Positions 49,100 through 55,287 of a stretch of DNA of 55,287 bases are shown here, one piece after another. The translations under genes were made by a program, and so were the position numbers. The DNA is taken from positions 1 through 55,287 of IMG/VR virus record IMGVR_UViG_3300024999_000131; one strand, written 5' to 3'. The notes under the pieces were generated by a model. That model did not search any database. It saw nothing but the letters and a program-made list of their open reading frames with translations, and was not told the origin of the DNA. How positions within the stretch are numbered: the first letter of the stretch is position 1; the number at the start of each line of letters is the position of its first letter. The stretch comes from a virus. Its lineage: Duplodnaviria > Caudoviricetes.

Positions 49100-49303
49100 A
49101 TGAAATCTTGGGAACATTTTGCTAAGACTTGGTACAACATTGATATTTCATTAGCAATAAAGAATATAAAATCTGGCTCAATTGTAAAGTGTAAAGTAAA
49201 TGATGAAGGATATTTGTTTAATATTCCTAATAAAATTAATCAAAATATAAATTCTGAAATGATTAATAATGGAAAATGGTATGTTTATACTTGGTCTGAT
49301 TAG
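49100..49303 (+). CDS. Hypothetical protein
   Basis: GAGGTG RBS. Confidence 0.6.
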   Translation: MKSWEHFAKTWYNIDISLAIKNIKSGSIVKCKVNDEGYLFNIPNKINQNINSEMINNGKWYVYTWSD

Positions 49304-49344
49304 GTCAATAAAAATAAAATCAATAGTAGAAAGAAGGAAAATAA

Positions 49345-49665
49345 ATGAGTTTATCAATACAAGAAGATACCAATAATATTCTAGGTAGAAAATATAATGT
49401 TGAATATAAAGTAAATAATGATTCAATACATACATTTTCTAATGTCTTAACTAATGTAGATGGTAATTATTTTTGGTTTAGTAGTTTAGAAGATGGATTA
49501 GATATTGTTCGCCAAGATAAAATTGTGACAATGATCTGTTTAGAAAGAAATAAACCATCAACTAAATGCGTAAGTAACAATATAGATTCTTTTGATGTTG
49601 CTGTATATTGTTTTACAGGAGATGATGGAATATTTGTTTGCGACAATTGCGTTGATCCTGATTAA
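49345..49665 (+). CDS. Hypothetical protein
   Basis: GAAGGA RBS. Confidence 0.65.
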   Translation: MSLSIQEDTNNILGRKYNVEYKVNNDSIHTFSNVLTNVDGNYFWFSSLEDGLDIVRQDKIVTMICLERNKPSTKCVSNNIDSFDVAVYCFTGDDGIFVCDNCVDPD

Positions 49666-49696
49666 ATAAAATAATGATTTTATTCCATGAAAGAAG

Positions 49697-50095
49697 TTGA
49701 TTATAATGTTTAATCCCTTCGCTAAACAATATAATAAAGGTTTGCAAGATGGTTATACAAAAGGCTATGAAGAAGGTCAAACTGAAGCCTATAATATTGG
49801 CTTTGATAAAGGAGAAAATCATGGTTATCAGAAAGCATATAGTGAAGTGACAGAATACATAAATAAAACTAAACAAGAAAATCCAAACAGAATAGAAACA
49901 AATGAAGAATTGACAGATTCGATAATGTTATTTCTTAAATCCATAGCAGAAATAGTAAATACAAAATTCTTCATACACACATGTTTTGAAACCTCTGATT
50001 CTAAATTTATTAAAAAATATTTAGATTTTATTGATTATGCAGAAAGCAGTTTTGAGTTGAAAGTAAAAATATATTTGATTTGGAAAGGAGAATAA
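49697..50095 (+). CDS. Hypothetical protein with GxxxG (Yae1/FliH-like) repeats
   Basis: KGLQDGYTKGYEEG...GFDKGENHG. Confidence 0.6.
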   Translation: MIIMFNPFAKQYNKGLQDGYTKGYEEGQTEAYNIGFDKGENHGYQKAYSEVTEYINKTKQENPNRIETNEELTDSIMLFLKSIAEIVNTKFFIHTCFETSDSKFIKKYLDFIDYAESSFELKVKIYLIWKGE

Positions 50096-50257
50096 ACAAT
50101 GGGAACAGAATGTGAATTTTGTTATTACAACTCATTTGGCGAATGCACTAGAGAAAATAATGAAGGTAAAATTGGCGTTTGTTGGATGGAATCGTCTGGG
50201 GAGAATACTAACCACTCGAAAGATAAATTTAATTGATTTAAGAAAGAAGGAAATAAA

Positions 50258-50470
50258 ATGAAAACATTTATATTTGTATTAAAAGATTATAACAATCTAT
50301 ATGATGATGTTTGTATTAAAGTTTTAGCAGAGGATATTCAATCAGCATTAAATAAATTTAAAGATATTGACCTTGATGAATTATTAAAATGGTTTAATTT
50401 TGTAGATGACAATCATAATTTCGACTTTAGATCATTATATGATTTAGATTTGATGTGTGCTATACAATAG
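50258..50470 (+). CDS. Hypothetical protein
   Basis: GAAGGA RBS. Confidence 0.6.
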   Translation: MKTFIFVLKDYNNLYDDVCIKVLAEDIQSALNKFKDIDLDELLKWFNFVDDNHNFDFRSLYDLDLMCAIQ

Positions 50471-50512
50471 GTTGAAACAACTGTTCCAAAGGCAAGAAAG
50501 GAGGATAATTAA

Positions 50513-50704
50513 GTGGACATCTTACTCTACAACTCAAAAGATGAAGTAGTAACCGCATACACATCAAACATTCCCAACTATAAAAATGGTGAAGAAATGA
50601 CCATCAAAGGTAGCAATAAATCCTACAAAGTTGTTGATATCAATAAATATCGTATTATGGGTTATGATGAACATGTTGCTTTAGAATTAAAAGTTATTAA
50701 GTAA
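50513..50704 (+). CDS. Hypothetical protein
   Basis: AAAGGAGG RBS. Confidence 0.65.
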   Translation: MDILLYNSKDEVVTAYTSNIPNYKNGEEMTIKGSNKSYKVVDINKYRIMGYDEHVALELKVIK

Positions 50705-50747
50705 TTACATACTAAAAATAAATAATTATCAAAAGGAGTGAAAAACA

Positions 50748-50939
50748 ATGGATAAAAACACTCTCGTCTCATGCACAGATTGTATCAATTGGAATAATTT
50801 AAAAGAAAAGCTAGAAGCATATTTTGGATGTAATACTGCATTATGTAATAAATGCAAATGTAACAATTGTGACTGTAGTTATCCAGAGATAAGTAAGGCG
50901 TTAAACTATAGACAAAAATTTGTACTAAGAAAGAATTGA
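50748..50939 (+). CDS. Cys-rich hypothetical protein
   Basis: AAAGGAG RBS. Confidence 0.6.
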   Translation: MDKNTLVSCTDCINWNNLKEKLEAYFGCNTALCNKCKCNNCDCSYPEISKALNYRQKFVLRKN

Positions 50940-50943
50940 TATT

Positions 50944-51126
50944 ATGAATCAAAACTGCAATCTCATAAAATGTATTCACAACATGACAAATTCTATTGCT
51001 TTATGTTTAGGTGTTTCTAAGTTAGAATATAATGATTCTAATATTTGTTGGTTGGATATGAAAGTAAAACCTAATAGTTTAAAATGCCCTAAATATAAGT
51101 ACATAGAATCTGCTGATAATCAATAA
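50944..51126 (+). CDS. Cys-rich hypothetical protein
   Basis: ORF track. Confidence 0.5.
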   Translation: MNQNCNLIKCIHNMTNSIALCLGVSKLEYNDSNICWLDMKVKPNSLKCPKYKYIESADNQ

Positions 51127-51424
51127 ATTGAATTAAAAGGAGAATGATTTAATATGACTGAAAATACAAAACTTACAAACAAGGAACTAGAAACAAAACA
51201 CTACAATCGCATGATGGAATTTTTAATCACAGATTTTGAGGGCAGAGATTTTGAAGAATGTGATATTATTTTAAGACAAATTATTAAAGTCGCATATGAG
51301 CTATTAAATGAGCCTGACTTATTGAAATAGAAATGCTTATGTGAGCGATAGAATGGCATGTAGAATGGTTTAGAACTTGATTGTGGTACAAAACCACAAG
51401 GCAAAATTAAAGGAGGAATACATA

Positions 51425-51751
51425 ATGAAAGATTTTGATTTGCAATTCTTTATGGATAAAGTAAACGAAAAACCGATTCAAATTGAATTTATGAATACAG
51501 ATGAAGATTTGGTTGCATTAATTAATTTAGTTATAACTAATGCAGAAATCAAAGAAGAAAGTTATTGGAATATACTTACGATCAATGATGATATAATGAT
51601 TTATTTCGATGACTTTGAAGTTGGTGAATTAGAAACTACTAAAAATGCTTTATGTTTATATAAAGGAGGAGAAGTTTTGATCAATATTTATTTGCCAGAA
51701 GGAGACGATTGGGAAAGTAATACTGGAGTTATTGGATTTGCACGATATTAA
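51425..51751 (+). CDS. Acidic hypothetical protein
   Basis: AAAGGAGG RBS before ATG 51425. Confidence 0.65.
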   Translation: MKDFDLQFFMDKVNEKPIQIEFMNTDEDLVALINLVITNAEIKEESYWNILTINDDIMIYFDDFEVGELETTKNALCLYKGGEVLINIYLPEGDDWESNTGVIGFARY

Positions 51752-51797
51752 GTGTGGAATGTATTGGATATATGAAATGTATAAATAATTATTTATG

Positions 51798-51826
51798 TTG
51801 ATCTTGTTAATGAATTAATATATAAT
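51798..51826 (+). promoter_or_regulatory. Possible SigA-type promoter
   Basis: TTGATC-17 nt-TATAAT. Confidence 0.45.
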
Positions 51827-51866
51827 TGGTTTTAGGATTACATATAAAAAATAAATTGAAAAGGAT

Positions 51867-52364
51867 GTGAATAAGATAGCAAAAGGCAAAGGAATTAATC
51901 TTACTCCTAGAGAACCAAAAAAGGAAGACAAATATAAGGAAACTAGTGATATTAAGCAAGAATATAAATTTTCTATTGAAAGCAAAGGAATTTACATTGG
52001 ATTTAATGAAGAACACAGAGGACAAGAATGTACTGTTATAAAGAGAAGTGCAAGAAAAAATACTCATTATTATATGATAAAATTTGATGATAATGAAGAA
52101 TTAAAAGATATTACTAATGTATTTTTGAAAACTTTTGAAGAATATGAACAATGGTTGTTAGATCATGATAATGAAAACGAAAATGATACTGAGGATATTT
52201 CTGATATTGAGAGAAAGATTATTGAGGCAGGTCTTATTCCTTATCTAAATTCTAAATCATGTCTATCACCTATTGTTTATACGGAAATGAGGTGCAATGA
52301 ATGCAATTATGAATCTAGATGTATTTATCATTCAAAACATAACTACAAGAAGGCTAAATTTTAA
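51867..52364 (+). CDS. Hypothetical protein
   Basis: ORF track; C-terminal CxxC..C motif. Confidence 0.65.
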   Translation: MNKIAKGKGINLTPREPKKEDKYKETSDIKQEYKFSIESKGIYIGFNEEHRGQECTVIKRSARKNTHYYMIKFDDNEELKDITNVFLKTFEEYEQWLLDHDNENENDTEDISDIERKIIEAGLIPYLNSKSCLSPIVYTEMRCNECNYESRCIYHSKHNYKKAKF

Positions 52365-52396
52365 ATAATTTTTTGAGTTAAGAGAGGAAGATTTCG

Positions 52397-53002
52397 TTGA
52401 AAACACAAATAAATAAATATGAAAATGATTGGATAGATGCAAAAAATAAATGTCGCACAACCGTAAATAAAGATTCAACAGAAAATGAACCCAATAGTGA
52501 ATTCAAAACACAACTGCTCATATCCGAACATTCACCATGCAGATTAATTAAAGTAAATTGGATATGGAAGAATATCAAATCATGGGTATCTGTTCATTGG
52601 TCAAGGCATAAATGGGAATGCTTTATAAGTACACAGAGAAGCGATAGAACAGGTATAGACAGAGATAAAGAACCCCAAGGGACATTAGTTACCTTCGAAG
52701 GTGAAGCAAACGCTCAGAATCTAATTGACACAATGAGAAAGAGATTATGCTTTCAGGCTAGTAAAGAAACTAGAGAATTGGCTGAAGATTTAAAGGTTGC
52801 AATTAGTAAAACTGAAGTTGAATTATCAGATGTATTGGTTCCTAATTGTATATATCGGGCAAGCTGTCCTGAATTTGAGAATTGTGGATTTTGGAACAAA
52901 TTTATTGGTAAATATCATGTTGTAGATATGTTAGATATTAAATCAAGATATAAATTATATAATGGAGATTTTTACACTAGAAAAAGAAAGGAGATTGAAT
53001 AA
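52397..53002 (+). CDS. thyX: Flavin-dependent thymidylate synthase (ThyX-like)
   Basis: SEHSP, HWSRH...STQR, RKRLCFQAS.ETRELA, PNCIYRASCPE. Confidence 0.75.
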   Translation: MKTQINKYENDWIDAKNKCRTTVNKDSTENEPNSEFKTQLLISEHSPCRLIKVNWIWKNIKSWVSVHWSRHKWECFISTQRSDRTGIDRDKEPQGTLVTFEGEANAQNLIDTMRKRLCFQASKETRELAEDLKVAISKTEVELSDVLVPNCIYRASCPEFENCGFWNKFIGKYHVVDMLDIKSRYKLYNGDFYTRKRKEIE

Positions 53003-53541
53003 TGCCAATCATAATTCCAATTTCAGGGAAGGCAGAATCAGGCAAGGATTTGACTGCCACACTACTTAAAATAGAATTACAAAAACAAGGTAAAAGAATA
53101 TTAATTATAAATTATGGCGATCAACTTAAATTTCTTTGTCAAAAATATTTTGGCTGGAATGGCGAAAAAGATATTAAAGGTAGAGAATTATTACAGAAAA
53201 TAGGGACAGAAAAGGTAAGAGCAAAAAATAATAATTATTGGGTAGATAATGTAATTGAATTAGTTAAAGTTTTTGAAGATGATTATGACTATGTTCTCAT
53301 ACCGGATACAAGATTCGCTAATGAAATTGAGAGATGGGATAATTATTATGAATTTATATCATTGCGTATTGAAAGATTAAATCATGAAAACAAACTTACA
53401 CCAGAACAAAGATTACATTCTTCTGAAACAGCATTAGATAATTATGATTTTGATTATTACATAAAATGTGAGACTAAAGAAGAAAAAGAACAAGAAGTAA
53501 TTAAGTTTATAGAATATTTGAATGAAAGAGTTGGTGATTAA
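53002..53541 (+). CDS. Deoxynucleoside monophosphate kinase-like P-loop protein
   Basis: ISGKAESGKD, RELLQKIGT, IPDTRFANE, HSSETALD. Confidence 0.8.
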   Translation: MPIIIPISGKAESGKDLTATLLKIELQKQGKRILIINYGDQLKFLCQKYFGWNGEKDIKGRELLQKIGTEKVRAKNNNYWVDNVIELVKVFEDDYDYVLIPDTRFANEIERWDNYYEFISLRIERLNHENKLTPEQRLHSSETALDNYDFDYYIKCETKEEKEQEVIKFIEYLNERVGD

Positions 53542-54115
53542 TATAAAACCTCGACTATTTTGTGACATAGATAATCCCATAACCTCTTCTACCGAAGCTT
53601 TCTGTTCAGTTTACTCACAAATTTATAAAGATCATCCTGATTATATTCATCCTATATGGCAGAACGTAAATAAATGGGATTTTGCAGATGAATTACCTTT
53701 GCTCAAAGGAGTTAAAGAAGTAGAAGAGATATTCGGTAAAAGAGATTTCTTTAATAATCTTAAATTTATTAATCACAATACATATGAAGTATTAAAACAA
53801 TTAAATAAAAAATATGAAATTATTCTAGTGTCGATAGGGAGTTTTAATAATATATCATACAAGTCTCAATGGGTTAAAAATAATTTACCATTTATCACTG
53901 AATCTATATTTTTAGTTAATCATGGAAGCAAAATGACAAAATCATTAGTCAATATGTCAGGTAAGGGTAACGTCTTTTTGGAAGATGTAGAAAGTAACTT
54001 AAATAGCGTCATAGTAGAACGACCCATATGCTTTGGAAGTATTAAGTCTTGGAATGAAAATTGGCAAAGTGAGAAAGCTTTTAATTGGACTGATGTTGCA
54101 AATAAATTACTATAG
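53522..54115 (+). CDS. HAD-family 5'(3')-deoxyribonucleotidase-like protein
   Basis: LFCDIDNPI, K..WVKNNLPF, FLEDVESNL, WNE. Confidence 0.75.
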   Translation: MKELVINIKPRLFCDIDNPITSSTEAFCSVYSQIYKDHPDYIHPIWQNVNKWDFADELPLLKGVKEVEEIFGKRDFFNNLKFINHNTYEVLKQLNKKYEIILVSIGSFNNISYKSQWVKNNLPFITESIFLVNHGSKMTKSLVNMSGKGNVFLEDVESNLNSVIVERPICFGSIKSWNENWQSEKAFNWTDVANKLL

Positions 54116-54157
54116 TATAAGTTTAAAATAAAATATAAAAAGAAGGGATCAAAACAT

Positions 54158-54637
54158 ATGAGAAATAGAAAATTATACATCCCAGATTCGTGCCGGAAGT
54201 GTGATAGGGAAAGTTCATGTACGTACCCCTGTGAGGACGCTTATAATGAGTTTAAAATGCAAAATCCTCAAAATCAAGAAAATTTACTTTGTAACGAAAC
54301 GTACAATCAGCCTGTAGCAAGGGTTTCAGAGGATGATACATACGATAGGACAACACTTTCGTTGGGTTGTGAAGACATAAATTCTATTTTGGAATATGAT
54401 GTCTCAGATCCAGAATACTTACAAATAGTAAATGGCCTTCGAACTCCAAGCGATGCTATAAACTTCAAACTATTACTTGAATATATGAGTGAAGAAAATA
54501 GAGAATATGCAAAAGAAAACAGCTTGTGTGAAATTTGTCATAATGAATTAAAACTTGTTCAAGACAGAGGAGAAGTGTGGGGAGCTAAAAATGTAGTTAT
54601 TGGAGAATATTCTAGTTGCCCAAATGGATGCAATTAA
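54158..54637 (+). CDS. Cys-containing hypothetical protein
   Basis: ORF track; AAGGGA RBS. Confidence 0.6.
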   Translation: MRNRKLYIPDSCRKCDRESSCTYPCEDAYNEFKMQNPQNQENLLCNETYNQPVARVSEDDTYDRTTLSLGCEDINSILEYDVSDPEYLQIVNGLRTPSDAINFKLLLEYMSEENREYAKENSLCEICHNELKLVQDRGEVWGAKNVVIGEYSSCPNGCN

Positions 54638-54661
54638 TTTATGTGTAAGAGAGCATAAACA

Positions 54662-54937
54662 ATGATTATTGATCCAGGACGAAGTGGATGTACAATATGG
54701 TTTTTAAACAAAAGCAAAATGCAAGTCATAAATGGAACACCTGAAGAATGTGTTAATAGGATTGGAAAATATGCAATTAAATATATTTTAAATGAAGAAA
54801 CAAAAATAGAAGAAAAAGTTCAGTGGTGTAAAATTAGATTGGATACCTCTGGTGGCATAGGGAAGTTATATGCTGATTTGTTTAGAGATAAAGGAATTGA
54901 ATTTGATGCTGTGAAAATTGTTATGGATATATTATAG
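54662..54937 (+). CDS. Hypothetical protein
   Basis: ORF track. Confidence 0.5.
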   Translation: MIIDPGRSGCTIWFLNKSKMQVINGTPEECVNRIGKYAIKYILNEETKIEEKVQWCKIRLDTSGGIGKLYADLFRDKGIEFDAVKIVMDIL

Positions 54938-55105
54938 AAATAAATAAAATTAATGAAATAAAACAATGAAAGAAGGAATTATTAAAATGGCAAAGATTAA
55001 ACAAATTGGTGGCAATCCCAAAGAGATATCTCATGATGCAAAAGATGTATTAATATTGGTTTGAGGGAGGAGAAGAATATATTGAGATTATTAAGGGCTG
55101 ATTGA

Positions 55106-55285
55106 TTACTTTTTACTCTCAACTTCAGTAACTTTAATTTCAACTAAAAATTCTTGATCGTCCTCAGATAAAAATAGAGTTAACCTTTCCAAAAAAGAGG
55201 CCAAGTTCTTAGTATTAAATTTTCTTTTAACATTAATTAAATAATTGTTATCAATAATAATTTCTTTTTGTTGAGTTTGTTGAAT
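55106..55285 (-). CDS. 3' end of a convergent minus-strand gene (partial)
   Basis: Open frame IQQTQQKEIIIDNNYLINVKRKFNTKNLASFLERLTLFLSEDDQEFLVEIKVTEVESKK* running in from the window edge. Confidence 0.6.
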   Translation of the reverse strand: MQQTQQKEIIIDNNYLINVKRKFNTKNLASFLERLTLFLSEDDQEFLVEIKVTEVESKK

Positions 55286-55287
55286 AT

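Larger units (their letters stand above)
42207..50493. repeat. Same 26-bp junction palindrome, second cluster
   Basis: Copies at about 42207 (TACCTTAAAA-GAATCT-ATTTATTCTA), 46836, 49662, 50211, 50468, again between a stop codon and the next RBS. Confidence 0.65.

Noticed and set aside
45675-54115. Modified-base (e.g. dU or hmU) DNA pathway
   Set aside because: dUTPase, dCMP deaminase, ThyX and the kinase fit ordinary dTTP supply, and I recognised no base-modifying enzyme.
3877-54180. Minus-strand ORFs in the six-frame track (e.g. 18797..19177, 20307..20654, 29445..29822, 47962..48357)
   Set aside because: They are antisense shadows of well-supported + strand genes, with no evident RBS or recognisable domain.
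1-55287. tRNA or rRNA genes
   Set aside because: No cloverleaf/T-loop signatures or rRNA-like sequence were found by eye; tRNAscan-SE would be needed to exclude them fully.

Overview
This AT-rich window is almost entirely + strand and looks like part of a large SPbeta-like temperate phage or prophage of an anaerobic Firmicute (inferred from the gene set, SigA promoters and strong GGAGG RBSs). It has four parts. (1) ~1-28.6 kb: a long accessory array of ~70 short, mostly hypothetical ORFs, plus NAD-dependent ligase, Pth2, an Ntn-hydrolase, UDG-like, PspC, YqeY and an HD protein. (2) 28.8-41 kb: a replication core (SSB-like, AAA_24 ATPase, DnaB, primase, PD-(D/E)xK nuclease, DnaE, RecD2). (3) 42-46.7 kb and 52-54 kb: nucleotide metabolism (glutaredoxin, NrdG, NrdD, HNH-AP2 endonuclease, dUTPase, dCMP deaminase, ThyX, dNMP kinase, HAD nucleotidase). 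(4) An IS607-like tnpB with omega-RNA right end inserted into, and fused with, a phage gene. The most striking unexplained signal is a degenerate 26-bp palindrome (10-bp arm / 6-bp variable spacer / 10-bp arm, consensus TMSNWYRAAA-N6-WTTNAWNSKA). I counted about 40 copies by eye. Nearly all lie between the stop codon of one small gene and the RBS of the next, and I saw none in the replication core. The architecture resembles a tyrosine-recombinase site and suggests an integron-like phage gene-cassette array. A tyrosine recombinase fragment lies at 1625-1795. All calls were made by eye, with no database searches.
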